Positions 33,683 through 44,905 of a stretch of 64,000 bases of DNA are shown one piece after another. How positions within the stretch are numbered: position 1 is the stretch's first letter; the number at the start of each line of letters is the position of its first letter. Below the pieces are notes generated by a model. It was not told the origin of the DNA, did no database searches, and was given only the letters and a program-made list of their open reading frames with translations. The DNA lies in assembly GCA_963695855.1 (NCBI GenBank), contig CAVOHZ010000001.1, positions 22,898-86,897 of the forward strand, in the 5' to 3' direction. The position numbers and the translations under genes are program-made. Source of the DNA: an uncultured Nitrososphaerales archaeon. GTDB taxonomy: Archaea; Thermoproteota; Nitrososphaeria; Nitrososphaerales; Nitrososphaeraceae.

Positions 33683-34281
33683 AATATATAATTTCCTCCA
33701 TTGTAGATATATTACTGTATTTATTTCAATTTCTCTTTATATTTTTAATCATATCCTTGGAATGACTAGGTTAATGAAATAATAGACAAGATATTATTCT
33801 TTAAATATGTTTATTACTCGATTTTAAGCGAATTTTTTATTTTTAGTTAGTAGATTCCCTTAAGTAAACACAGCTATGGTAATATTCAAATGGTCGAATC
33901 AGCAGATTTAATGCTTGTTTCATACAATCAATTTAGGTTGTATATAAAGAAAAATTATATTCGTCGAACAGCTTGATAATATTAATAGTATCCGGATGCC
34001 AATTTGACATATTATTAATAAATCACTAGACAAATTGTAACAACTCTATTATGATTTAGATAGATAATTACTTTTATAACTGCGATTATAATCAATTGGG
34101 GAAATATAATACAGATAAGTAAAATAAAAATAAAAAATAGTAATAGAAGAACCGAATCAAAAGTTAAAATTGAATTATTTACAAACACGTTTGTAAATAT
34201 TATAAGATTAAACAAGCTAAATTAAATAAATTTCTAAAAGATAGATACTATAAATATAGTATCAAATATAATATATATATT

Positions 34282-34491
34282 ATGTCAGACAATTCAGACG
34301 AAATAAAAGAAGAAGAATTTAGAATATTGTATATTAACGAATTACGTAGCAAACACTCTTTGTATGAAGATAAATTAGAAGAAGAATTTAGAAGGGTTAA
34401 ACAACAAATTATGAAAACTCCAGGACGAAAGGGTGAACAAATAAAACTGGAAGAAATAAATAATGAGATTCTTAGAAGGTTGTCTAAATAA
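34282..34491 (+). CDS. small helical hypothetical protein
   Basis: 69-aa charged ORF. Confidence 0.5.
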   Translation: MSDNSDEIKEEEFRILYINELRSKHSLYEDKLEEEFRRVKQQIMKTPGRKGEQIKLEEINNEILRRLSK

Positions 34492-35744
34492 TTAAGCGGG
34501 CAAAATCTAACATTAACATCTACGTGTAAATAAAACAACAAAATACCAGTATACCAATGGTATTTGATTCTCTGGTATAACATAATGAAATAATGCCAAA
34601 AAGTGGCTATAATTAAATCTAATTATATGGGTTAGTGGCCTCTATTTTATAGATTGAGTAATGCTGGCATTACAATTTCGGAATCAACCATAAAAGTAAA
34701 ATGGTCACAAAGTATCTATAAACATCGTATAAAAATTTATTTTTATAGCCATTTTCTTTTTTTATTTTATTTATTTACAAACTAACCTATTCACAGAAAG
34801 AAAATGTTGCGATTTGATAAAAATGAATAATAAATAAGATTTTTCTTATGTTAAGAGCATAAAATATATTTAGATTTCACATATTATCATTTAAAATATG
34901 AATCTATCAAGATAGGATCGAAATTACGTTTAAAATTTGAATTATTTCAACATATAAATCATTATACATCTTCATGAATAAATTTTGTTTCATATAGTTA
35001 TTTATTACCTACTGTAATAAGTTATGATCGAATTCGGGTGGGCCTGTAATGCGTTAATTCCTAATTTGTAACCCATAAGATATCAAATACATATCAAGTC
35101 TTGATTGTAATACAATGTTCTTATTTGCTGGATTCTATTTTGGAAAATAATTTCTTTGAAGAGATATTTTCGTGTTATAACAGAATTTACAAAAGTAACA
35201 TGCTGTAATTAAATCGTCACAATAGTTTTCATGACGATGAATTAAAGAAACAGATATATTTGTAAAATGCATTTAAAACATACAAATTATACCACTTAGC
35301 ATATATTTTCTAATCAATTCGTTTTTGGAATACTTTATAGTAGTTTAACATTACTATAATTAAATACGATAGCAAATATTTTTTCCTGCTTATATGATAT
35401 TATAAGTAAATAGGATTAGAGAATATAGGCTAATTGGTATAATAGATAATTAATAATTCTAATTTTAAATTTAATCCTCAGGTGGGTTTCCAGGGTGTTA
35501 GAAGTTCTGTCAATAACATTTAAAATTTTTTTTAACATTCTAGTGAATTACTGGATCTTTTGTTCCTTCAACTATTCAGCAAATGATGTCTTTTTTGGTT
35601 TCTCTTAATATTTATTTGGACATTGATAATAATAGTGATATCAGGAATATTACCGGTGTACAAAATTCAATTTAATTTATATAAACATTAAATAAATATA
35701 GCATTTACAGCAGTCAAATATATCGTGCGGGGTTAGTCATTATA

Positions 35745-37598
35745 TTAAAGATAACCAAAAGCTTGATCTTTTGCTCTTTTGAGTCGAAGAATAGTTTCAA
35801 AGATCTCCTTTTCCTCTTCGTTCAATCTGTGTTCAAACCTCTCTAACAAAAGTTTGGCCTGTTTACTTGAAAGATCAGTTAAAAATATTTCACCTTCGTT
35901 TATCTGTCTTCCTATGGTAGGTCCTCGAATCGAAACCGCAACCTGCATTCCCTTTGTAGCTTCGTCAAGATTCTTGCCCTTATCTTGAATTTGGTGAATC
36001 GTCCCTATTTTTGCACCATCCTCATTTATAACGTTAATTTTTTGTCTTAATTTCCCCACAAGAATTTCAGCTCCAAATACTGCAGGATCGTTTCGTCGGA
36101 ACACAAATCCTTTCATGAACTGGAATTTACATATTGGAGGTATTTCATTAAATATTATTGAATCAGCATGACCTCTCTGGTACTGAACCCAGTCAGTATA
36201 CGATCTAACTAGATTATATATTATATTTTCATTAAAAATGGTAACATTTCTTTCAAAAGCCTCTTTAGTCGCATCTTCCAGAACTTTAACATTGAACCCC
36301 AAGATCACACCTAGATATCGATCCTTTTCTTTAACCGCATAGGATGAAAGAACATCTCTCCTTGTAATATTACCGATATCCGCAGTCTGGATTGGAATAT
36401 GTTCCTTTTTAAGCATATCAATTATAGCTTCAAGAGAACCAAGTGTATCGCATTTTAAAATCACGCCGTTAGAGTCTGTATTGCTAATGAATGTTCCCTT
36501 TACCTCAGATTCTATTAATAACCTTATTGTTTCCTCCTCGCTTTTACTATTTACAACATAGATAGGAGTACCTGCAAGAACTCCATCAAGGTCTGGAGAG
36601 ACAATTTTCAATCCTGCCGCAGAGACAACTTCGTCGACGGATCTAAATTTATCGCGGGGATCCCTCATTTCATCGAGTGGTTTTGGAAGAAGTAATGCTT
36701 TTAATTTTGTTACTACAATCTCATCTCGTTTAGAAACCATAACCATGTCACCCTGTCTTAAAGTACCATCCAACAGAATTATGTTGGCAGATGGTCCTAA
36801 GCCTGTTTCCTCTTTGACTTCAAGAACTATTCCCCTTACTTGATCAGATCGTCGTTCTAATCTTTTTTTCATATATTGCTGGGTTAGTCCAACCAATACC
36901 GTCAAGAGTTCTGGTATCCCAACACCAGTAACAGCACTCATAGGAACTATTGCAAGTTCCTTATCAAACTCTTTTACTCTCCAGAATGCCTCAGAAGTAT
37001 ATCCTAACCTCGAAAGAGATCCTACAACTGTGTAAATTTTTTCATCTAATTGTGTAAGAATATTCGCGTCTTGATCTTTTATCTCTTCAGTAATGAATGG
37101 TAATTTGATATCTTTATTACCATAACGGGCGCTAGCGGCTGTTTTTTTTGAAATTTTTTTTCTTACTCCTCCTAATGCTCTCCATCCTGATATCATGTCG
37201 ATTTTATTTAGCGCTACAACGAACGGAACTTTTCTTTTCTTTAAAATCTCGATACTTTCCAGCGTTTGAGGTTCAAAACCTTTATTCACATCTGCTACGA
37301 CAATAGCTATATCTGCAGCGGAACCCCCTCTGCTTCGAAGATTTGCAAAGACCTCATGTCCAGGAGTATCGATAAATAAAAGACCAGGAATCTTTTCATC
37401 GGCTTTGGCAATTTTCTCATATAGAATTCCTGTTATTTTTTTTATCGTTTCAATTGGAAAAAAACTGGCGCCAATGTGTTGTGTGATTCCCCCTGCCTCT
37501 CTAGCTTGGACTCCTGTTCCTCTAATTTTATCTAGCAATGAGGTCTTTCCTGAGTCGACGTGACCCAAAACTACAACAACGGGCTGTCTTAAATTCAC
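35745..37598 (-). CDS. infB: translation initiation factor IF-2 (aIF5B)
   Basis: GHVDSGKT, EAGGITQHIGA, DTPGHE, NKID, LDEMRD. Confidence 0.97.
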   Translation of the reverse strand: MNLRQPVVVVLGHVDSGKTSLLDKIRGTGVQAREAGGITQHIGASFFPIETIKKITGILYEKIAKADEKIPGLLFIDTPGHEVFANLRSRGGSAADIAIVVADVNKGFEPQTLESIEILKKRKVPFVVALNKIDMISGWRALGGVRKKISKKTAASARYGNKDIKLPFITEEIKDQDANILTQLDEKIYTVVGSLSRLGYTSEAFWRVKEFDKELAIVPMSAVTGVGIPELLTVLVGLTQQYMKKRLERRSDQVRGIVLEVKEETGLGPSANIILLDGTLRQGDMVMVSKRDEIVVTKLKALLLPKPLDEMRDPRDKFRSVDEVVSAAGLKIVSPDLDGVLAGTPIYVVNSKSEEETIRLLIESEVKGTFISNTDSNGVILKCDTLGSLEAIIDMLKKEHIPIQTADIGNITRRDVLSSYAVKEKDRYLGVILGFNVKVLEDATKEAFERNVTIFNENIIYNLVRSYTDWVQYQRGHADSIIFNEIPPICKFQFMKGFVFRRNDPAVFGAEILVGKLRQKINVINEDGAKIGTIHQIQDKGKNLDEATKGMQVAVSIRGPTIGRQINEGEIFLTDLSSKQAKLLLERFEHRLNEEEKEIFETILRLKRAKDQAFGYL

Positions 37599-38020
37599 TT
37601 AGGTATACTACTATCAAAAATGACTTGCGACTCTTTTATGAAGCTTTCATAAGAGTCTGACGCGTGTATAATATTATCAGTTACTCCCAGACCATAATCA
37701 CCACGAATAGTACCTGGTTGGGCATCAAAAGATCTAGTAGAACCGATCATAAGTCTAACAGTGTTTATAGCGTTTTCACCTTCCAAAATGCAAGATACCA
37801 CTGTGGATGATGAAATAAAAGCGACAAGGTCGCCGAAAAATGGTTTATTTTTGTGTGCAGAATAAAACTCTTCTGCTCTCTCCTTTGTAAAATTGAAAGT
37901 TTTTAGTTCCTTTATAACAAAACCCTTATCTTCAAATCGTGACAGGATTTTTCCAGTCAATTTTCTGGAAAAGGCATCTGGTTTAATAACAATTAAGGTC
38001 TGTTCAGACATCAAATTCAT
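37595..38020 (-). CDS. ndk: nucleoside diphosphate kinase
   Basis: IKPDA, PGTIRGDYG, NIIHASDS. Confidence 0.96.
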   Translation of the reverse strand: MNLMSEQTLIVIKPDAFSRKLTGKILSRFEDKGFVIKELKTFNFTKERAEEFYSAHKNKPFFGDLVAFISSSTVVSCILEGENAINTVRLMIGSTRSFDAQPGTIRGDYGLGVTDNIIHASDSYESFIKESQVIFDSSIPK

Positions 38021-38105
38021 CTCTCTATTTTGATCATTATTATTTTTTTGAAACTCTGCTTTATTTTTTCCTTTAATGATAATAGATATTTGTTTAGCTA
38101 TTCGG

Positions 38106-38321
38106 TTATCCTTTAGCGGCTTTTAACCCGCCTTTTACGTATTTCTTTGTCCATTTGAATTTCCTAGGATCTCTTTTTAGGATTCTAAGATTTTTTTTAC
38201 ATTTATTTGAACAGGTCCATTGAATCGAGCCATCATTTTTGACTAGCATAATACCAGTTCCAGACTGAATACGTTCACCACAGAAGAAGCAATTACGTAA
38301 AGATGCAGCTGTTCTACTCAT
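38106..38321 (-). CDS. rpl24e: 50S ribosomal protein L24e
   Basis: CFFCGERIQSGTG...CSNKC...PRKFKWT. Confidence 0.95.
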   Translation of the reverse strand: MSRTAASLRNCFFCGERIQSGTGIMLVKNDGSIQWTCSNKCKKNLRILKRDPRKFKWTKKYVKGGLKAAKG

Positions 38322-38390
38322 TTTTAGTTACCTAAAACACAATGTAGCTGTTTATAATTTAATAACGTTACGTTTCCACCGCTTTTCTTA

Positions 38391-38606
38391 TTACTTGATC
38401 TTTCTTGCCTCGCGTTCGGTTTCTCGGAGTATAAGAACGTCGTTCATGCGAACTGCGCCTTTTACATTTCTCGTCAGTATCCTTCCCTTGTCTTTTCCGT
38501 CTAATACCTTTACTCTGACCTGAATTACCTCTCCAGCAATTCCAGTCCTACCAACAATCTGAATAACTTCGGCAGGAACAATCCTTTCTTCCATAGTCTT
38601 ACTCAT
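38391..38606 (-). CDS. rps28e: 30S ribosomal protein S28e
   Basis: [29 protein letters not shown]. Confidence 0.96.
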   Translation of the reverse strand: MSKTMEERIVPAEVIQIVGRTGIAGEVIQVRVKVLDGKDKGRILTRNVKGAVRMNDVLILRETEREARKIK

Positions 38607-38631
38607 AGATCATTTTTCACCTCAGAACTAA

Positions 38632-39030
38632 CTATGGTTGTTGCTGTTCTTTATCTGATTTGGGATTCTGATTCTTTAAAGCGTTAATTATTTCGTCAAC
38701 AATATGTTGAGAATCACCCGCATCTATTATCGTTGCCGCAGCAGAGCCTACAGAAATTCCAAGAGATTCACCCAGTTGCTGTTTACTTGGCACAAAAACA
38801 TAAGGTGTATTTCTTTCTTCACATATAATTGGAAGATGAGCAACAACTTCCGGTGGTTCGACATCCTCTGCTATGACGGCCAATTTGCTTACTCCACGTT
38901 CGATAGCTTTAGTTGTTTCATTTGTTCCTTTTCTCACTTTTCCACTTTCCTTAGAAACTCTAACTGCCTCGTAAATAGCCGTTACCAAATCCTTTGGAAC
39001 TTGAAATTTAACATAATACGGTTTACTCAT
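38632..39030 (-). CDS. rpl7ae: 50S ribosomal protein L7Ae
   Basis: KGTNETTKAIERG, IAEDVEPPEVVAHLP. Confidence 0.96.
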   Translation of the reverse strand: MSKPYYVKFQVPKDLVTAIYEAVRVSKESGKVRKGTNETTKAIERGVSKLAVIAEDVEPPEVVAHLPIICEERNTPYVFVPSKQQLGESLGISVGSAAATIIDAGDSQHIVDEIINALKNQNPKSDKEQQQP

Positions 39031-39489
39031 TAGTTAATATCACCCTTTGGGATCATCCATCTTTCTACAAAATATAGCATATTAAAACGTTACCTCAATC
39101 GGAATTCTTTTGAATATTCGTTTATAGATACAAAAGTTTTGATAATTTTTAAATCATTCATTCCATTTCCTATAAAAAAGATTCTTTTCCGGCACACATT
39201 AATTCCTTTTTTACAAACTAATTCTAAATAATAATATGCTGATCAAAAATTGATATATAGTTAAAAATAAAATTTCAATGCACATTATAAAATAAGAATA
39301 TTTTTTGTATACGATCATTGAAGCTAAAACTAATATAATAGATTGATTAATATTTAAAGAAATTTGAAACAAACTATAAAGTTGTATCCAGAATATGGAA
39401 AACCCTCGAAATATTCTCAAGTATAAACAAGGATGTGTATTATTTGAAACCACAATCGGTTATTCATATTGAGTAAGGAGAAGATTTAG

Positions 39490-39687
39490 ATGAAACGTGG
39501 ATCAACCGGTCATAGCACTAAACTAAAGCCGGGTCCAAAAAAGGGCAGAAAAGATTACGACCATAACAATCCAGTTAGAAGATGTAGTGTTTGTTATACT
39601 TTGTCAGGTTGGCATTGTTATGACTGCGATAAAGATTATTGTGGTCAACATTATCAGGCACACAAAAATAACAATCAATGCAAATAG
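39490..39687 (+). CDS. small basic zinc-finger protein (B-box-like)
   Basis: CSVC-x6-CYDC-x4-CGQH-x3-H; basic N-terminus. Confidence 0.7.
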   Translation: MKRGSTGHSTKLKPGPKKGRKDYDHNNPVRRCSVCYTLSGWHCYDCDKDYCGQHYQAHKNNNQCK

Positions 39688-39784
39688 AGAGAAATTTTGA
39701 TATTACTGAAGTCAGATATTGTATTGTAATTTAGCAGAGTTACCCTTAAAAGAAAATGATTACCAATAAAAGAACATCTTTCAG

Positions 39785-40065
39785 AAAATAAATGCACAGA
39801 TTAATGAATACATTTGATGTTTGGACAGGATTAGTTTGATTCTATTTACCGCCACCAGAAACCTGTATCAAAATCTTTGTACCTCTCTAAAATGGATACA
39901 CCTTCCAGACTGTTGTCCGTAAGAAGTAAATCCTTCTCTCCTCTTCAGAGCATTGATCGTTTTATCTCCAACAGACCCAACAATAGTAGTAAGTTTGATT
40001 GCCTCCATCCTATCTCTTAACAGTTCATAGACAATTTTTGTTGTTGTTTTGTTGTCGGTCCAAGC
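39785..40065 (-). pseudogene. possible transposase remnant (IS1634-like)
   Basis: Frame-broken text NALKRREG / LLLTDNSLEGVSILERYKD / YSLICAF resembles the IS1634 C-terminal region; no ends found. Confidence 0.3.
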
Positions 40066-40114
40066 ATTTTATAACACAAGTCTAACTACATGAAATATAT
40101 ATTGACAATATCTC

Positions 40115-40540
40115 TTGGCAATTTATTTAAATACTACAAATAATAAACTGACATCGTTGAAAATATTTTTGTGGCTAATTTTTTTGGTTATTAATATCCT
40201 CTTGATTACTTTACAAGTGCCTGTATATGGAGAACTTAATGCTACTGTTACTCCTAATTGTGGACCAATAGAAGGTTTTAATATTGTTTTGGAAACTGGA
40301 GGATTTTTGCCTAATAGCAATGTACACTGGGATTTGATTAATGCAGAAGACAATTCTACTGGTCTTTCTGGATATTTTAATACAAATGGCACAGGAGGTT
40401 TTGAAGAACCTACTTTTGCTGATGACCTTCCTCCTGGAAAATATATAATAAATTTCTTCAATGATATTAATAATGATGAGAAAGTTGATTCTGGAAGAGC
40501 AGTAATATTCACAAATCTATCTATACCATGTGTTAATTGA
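40115..40540 (+). CDS. secreted hypothetical protein
   Basis: Signal-like hydrophobic stretch; Cys near both ends of the mature domain; GGFLPNS...G.F.TN.TGGF. Confidence 0.7.
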   Translation: MAIYLNTTNNKLTSLKIFLWLIFLVINILLITLQVPVYGELNATVTPNCGPIEGFNIVLETGGFLPNSNVHWDLINAEDNSTGLSGYFNTNGTGGFEEPTFADDLPPGKYIINFFNDINNDEKVDSGRAVIFTNLSIPCVN

Positions 40541-40564
40541 ATACAATGGAGATAATAAATTCAG

Positions 40565-41551
40565 ATGATGAGAAAAATGAAAGTTAGAAATTTTAAATTT
40601 ATCATTGAAAGCAATATCATCATGATAACAATGGCATCATCGTTGTTATTCATTTTTGGAATTTTGGTAAACATTCCTCAATCTTATTCAGTTACGCCTG
40701 ATTTTAACTTTGCAGCAGTCGGTGACTGGGGTTGTAATTCAAATACTGATGCAACCGCAAAGGGAATAGCAAGTGAAAGTAATAAAAACAAACTAGGCTC
40801 TCCAGAACTAGTGTTAGGTTTGGGAGATTATTCCTATCAACCTACAGCCGGCTGTTGGTTGACCAAAGTAGGAAATATTGATGATAACATGAAAATTGCT
40901 GTTGGCAATCATGAAAGTACTACCAAGTTAGGATTTAATCAATACATGCAAAAATTCCATTTTCCATCTAATGCATATTATTCATTCGATTATCAGAATG
41001 TTCATTTCATTGTCATGAATACGGAAACATCTTACTCGCCAAATTCATCTCAATATAAATTTGTAAAAAGTGATCTAGCAAAGGCGATTAATGGGAAAAA
41101 TACTGATTGGATAATTGTACTCTTGCATAAACCTCTTTATACTTCACCTACCAGTTGTAAAATTGCATCATGCCAAGGAAGTGCAAGTTTAAGAGATGTG
41201 TATCATCCAATTTTCGATAAAAACAATGTAGATTTAATACTGGAGGGTCACCTACACGATTATCAAAGATCATTTCCATTAAAATACAACTTTAAAAGTG
41301 TCACTAATCCTATTGTTACTACAACTTCTACTTCAAAATATAATAACCCCGATGGAGGAATATATGTGATTGTAGGTACAGGAGGTATTAACTTTCATAA
41401 ACTTAATAGTCAGCAACCATTTAATGCAAAACAACAAAGCTCCTCTTTTGGTCATCTAAATATTGACATAACTAACAGCGGCCAAGTTCTTACAGCAAAA
41501 TTTATTCAAAACAATGGAAAAATATTTGATTCGTTTACAATTACAAAATAA
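40565..41551 (+). CDS. secreted metallophosphoesterase (purple acid phosphatase-like)
   Basis: GDWG, GDYSY, GNHE, HKP, GHLHDYQR, GTGG. Confidence 0.92.
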   Translation: MMRKMKVRNFKFIIESNIIMITMASSLLFIFGILVNIPQSYSVTPDFNFAAVGDWGCNSNTDATAKGIASESNKNKLGSPELVLGLGDYSYQPTAGCWLTKVGNIDDNMKIAVGNHESTTKLGFNQYMQKFHFPSNAYYSFDYQNVHFIVMNTETSYSPNSSQYKFVKSDLAKAINGKNTDWIIVLLHKPLYTSPTSCKIASCQGSASLRDVYHPIFDKNNVDLILEGHLHDYQRSFPLKYNFKSVTNPIVTTTSTSKYNNPDGGIYVIVGTGGINFHKLNSQQPFNAKQQSSSFGHLNIDITNSGQVLTAKFIQNNGKIFDSFTITK

Positions 41552-41647
41552 TTGCCATTATTCAGATAAGGTACTAACTAACATAAATTCATACTATTAC
41601 CTATTATTTTTACCATAATTAATTTAGCTTCTTAATACATAATCAGT

Positions 41648-41745
41648 TTGACTCACAGTCAATTAATACCGTTCTAAAAAATACAAGAAAGAAAGATATT
41701 GACTCAGTCAATTATACCGTCTAAAGACATACAAAAGGAAAGATA
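41648..41745. repeat. imperfect ~50-bp tandem duplication containing a palindrome
   Basis: 41648-41698 and 41699-41745 both read ttgactca(ca)gtcaatta(a)taccg...atacaa...gaaagata. Confidence 0.8.
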
Positions 41746-41812
41746 TGCAAAATACAGAAATTTGTCTAATTCTGAAATATAATGAACAGATCATATGTAT
41801 CCACGAATATAG

Positions 41813-41971
41813 TGCGGGGAGTGGGATTTGAACCCACGAATCCCTGAGGAACAGGGTTATAGGATATGATCATTGATAATAGACTGACCAATTCATTCTA
41901 AGCTTCGCACCATCAACCATCGAATGACGGTTGATAGACCTGCGCCGTTGGCCAGGCTTGGCAATCCCCGC
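41813..41971 (-). tRNA. tRNA-Leu(UAG) with two introns (41904-41938 at 30/31; ~41857-41895 in the anticodon loop)
   Basis: GCGGGGA/TCCCCGC acceptor, CAGGG/CCCTG anticodon stem, long variable arm, GTTCAAATC T-loop; 85 nt after removing 35 and 39 nt. Confidence 0.9.
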
Positions 41972-42040
41972 AGCAATTAAATTTCAATTTAAAACAGCCA
42001 AATTTATCTATTCTTAAATTAATTAGATATTGGAATTTAA

Positions 42041-43473
42041 TTGACAGAAGACGTCCCTAGAAAAAGGCTATTTGGAACAAATGGAGTTAGAGGAATCTAT
42101 GGAAAGGAACTGACATTTGAACTGGCAGTCGATTTGACCTATGCACTATCTACCTATTTTGCAAAGGGACCAATAATAGTTGGATATGATGGAAGAAATT
42201 CAGGCCACATCCTTTCAAATATTGTTACGGCCACTTTAAATTCAGGAGGGTTAGATGTCATCTTTGCAGGACAGGTTCCAACCCCATGTCTTCAATATGC
42301 CATAAAGAGCAAGAATTGTAACGGTGGAATAATGATTACAGCTTCTCACAATCCTCCACAGTACAATGGGATTAAACCCTGTTCGAAAGAAGGTGTAGAA
42401 ATATCAAGGGAGGATGAATTAAAAGTTGAAGAAATTTTTTATTCAAAGGAATTTGCAAAGATTAATGGTATACAAAAGACTTACGTAGACAATAACGTTA
42501 CAAAAGAGTATACGGACGCAGTTCTGGCATTGGTTGATGCTGAAAAAATACGATCTAGATTATTTAAAGTTGTTCTTGACCTAGGAAATGGAGTACAGTC
42601 TCTCGTAGCGCCATATCTTTTGGAAAACCTTGGCTGTGAGGTTACTACCATTCATAGTGATATCGATGGAAATTTTCCAGGAAGAGGCCCCGAACCTACA
42701 GTTGAAAATCTAGGTAGTCTATCGAATATGGTAAGAGATACAAATGCCGACTTCGGAGTGGCGTATGATGGTGATGGAGACAGAAGTATCTTCTGCGATG
42801 AGAAAGGAATCGTTCATCCTGGTGACAGAACCGCTGCTATATTAATAAAATATCTTTTAAGTAGTAAGCACCAAGGAGCAGAAATAATCTGTCCAATAAA
42901 TACTACAATGAATGTTTCCTTTGTAGCTGAAGAACTTGGATCCAAAGTTATATACACAAAGGTTGGAAGTGTAGAGGTATCAAGAGAGATGTTAAAAAGA
43001 AATGCTATAATCGGGTTGGAAGAAAATGGAGGTTTCATGTACGGAAAAATGAATCAAGTAAGAGACGGCGCAATGACAACTACATTGATTCTAGAGATGC
43101 TAGCAAACAATAATTCTTTCGATTCTCAACCCTATACCTCTGGTAGTGGTGGACAAAATAACAAGAAAATAAATCTCAAAACATTTTCTGATCTAATAGG
43201 TTCTTTGAGAAACATTTCACAATATAAAACAAAGTTCAACTGTGCTCAAGGGAGGTTGCAGATAAAATAGTTACCAAATGTATAGAACATGGAAATCCCA
43301 TGAAAATTGATACATTGGACGGGGCCAAGTTATGGATCGATGAAGAAACATGGATAATGATAAGGGCTAGTGGGACTGAACCACTGGTTAGAATGTATGG
43401 TGAGTCAACCTCAGAAACTTTACTGAATTCAAAGATAAGAGAATATACTCGCATCATCGAAACTTTTTTGTAA
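42041..43473 (+). CDS. glmM: phosphoglucosamine mutase / phosphomannomutase, apparent frameshift at ~43245
   Basis: LFGTNGVRG, TASHNPPQYNG, DGDGDR, EENGG; domain IV (DGAKL...IRASGTEPLVRMYGE) is in another frame ending at 43473. Confidence 0.88.
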
Positions 43474-43671
43474 ATAAGAGAAAGAAAATACAGGAAAATG
43501 GCAGCATAAAACAAGGAAAATAACAGTAATAATAATTCTTTCTTTTAGACCTGTTTGGTATCTTGTCCTTTCTATCTGTAGCCCTAAAAAATTTCAGATA
43601 CTTTTAAAACCTTAAACTCTCAAGATCTAAAGGTAGAATTTAATTTAGGGACGTACTGAAATTTCATAAAT

Positions 43672-44757
43672 TTGGATATCCAAAGAAAAAAGGTCGATAA
43701 AGATGTAGATATAGATTTACATATCTCACCAACATCATCTTCTTTACCATCGTCGTCGTCGTCTTCAAAATCAGATGATGATGTTTCGCGAATACATTCT
43801 TCCGCTAACAGTTCGGATGAAAAAAAGGCGAAACCATCACCAATATCTGTTGACAAGAAAAGTCCATCTAGTCACAAATTAGACCAAAGTAAAAAAAGGA
43901 ACAAAAAAACAATCATAGAAATCACAGTTGTAGGAAAAGATAGAAAAGGAGTAGTTGCAGAGATTACGAATTTTATCTTTAAAAATGGAGCAAATATAGA
44001 AAAAATAAATCAGAACGTTGTGAAGGGTCTTTTTGGTATGCAGATGGAGGCCTCTGTTAATAATGTTATGCAAGACAAACTAAATTCTGGTTTACAGACA
44101 CTTGCAAAAGAGTTAAAGATGGAGATCAAAGTCCACTACCAAGAACCAAATAGACCTACAAACATTGCAATATTAGTCAGCAATGAAGATCATTGTTTAC
44201 TTAAAATTTTAGATTCGTATAGAAAAAATGAACTGAAGGCAAAGATTACAATCATAATAGGAAGCTCTGGAATTCTAGAATCTATTGGAAAAAAATACAA
44301 TATACCATTTGCTGTAATAGAACACAAAGACCAAACAGAAGCTGAAAGAGCGATACTCAAACTTTTTGAAGATTACAATATTGACCTTGTGGTATTGGCT
44401 CGATATATGCGAATTTTGACTCCGAATTTTGTCTGGAGATATCCCAACAAAATAATAAACATTCATCCTTCACTATTGCCTGCTTTTCCTGGGGCATTTG
44501 CTTATACACAAGCTTATGAAAGAGGGGCAAAAATTGTGGGATGTACCGCACATTTCGTCACTGAAGACCTTGACCAAGGGCCAATAATCTGTCAGAATTC
44601 TTTTAAAGTTCTTGAAAATGACGATATCGATTCTATTAAAAGTAAAGGAAGAAGACTAGAAAGTTCGGTACTTTTACAGGCTTTAAAACTATCCCTACAA
44701 GGGAAACTGGAAGTATATTGGGGAAAAGTTCACATCAAGAAGGAAGGAAAAAAATAG
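43672..44757 (+). CDS. purU: formyltetrahydrofolate deformylase with Ser-rich N-terminal extension
   Basis: ACT domain (GKDRKGVVA), LARYMRIL, INIHPSLLPAFPGA, TAHFVTEDLDQGPII. Confidence 0.93.
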   Translation: MDIQRKKVDKDVDIDLHISPTSSSLPSSSSSSKSDDDVSRIHSSANSSDEKKAKPSPISVDKKSPSSHKLDQSKKRNKKTIIEITVVGKDRKGVVAEITNFIFKNGANIEKINQNVVKGLFGMQMEASVNNVMQDKLNSGLQTLAKELKMEIKVHYQEPNRPTNIAILVSNEDHCLLKILDSYRKNELKAKITIIIGSSGILESIGKKYNIPFAVIEHKDQTEAERAILKLFEDYNIDLVVLARYMRILTPNFVWRYPNKIINIHPSLLPAFPGAFAYTQAYERGAKIVGCTAHFVTEDLDQGPIICQNSFKVLENDDIDSIKSKGRRLESSVLLQALKLSLQGKLEVYWGKVHIKKEGKK

Positions 44758-44905
44758 AAAAAATCATAAAAAACATAAAAAGAAAACCTAGCATATTTCT
44801 TGGTTTTAATGACAGATAGCATATCAGAGTTAGCTGACAAAAGGAAGAAATAAAATATCTCAAGTTTTTTATTCGATTAGAATATACTAAATCTAAATAA
44901 TACAA

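Noticed and set aside
35027-35047. atcgaattcgggtgggcctg as a tRNA 3'-end relic
   Set aside because: Poor T-loop match and no integrase nearby.
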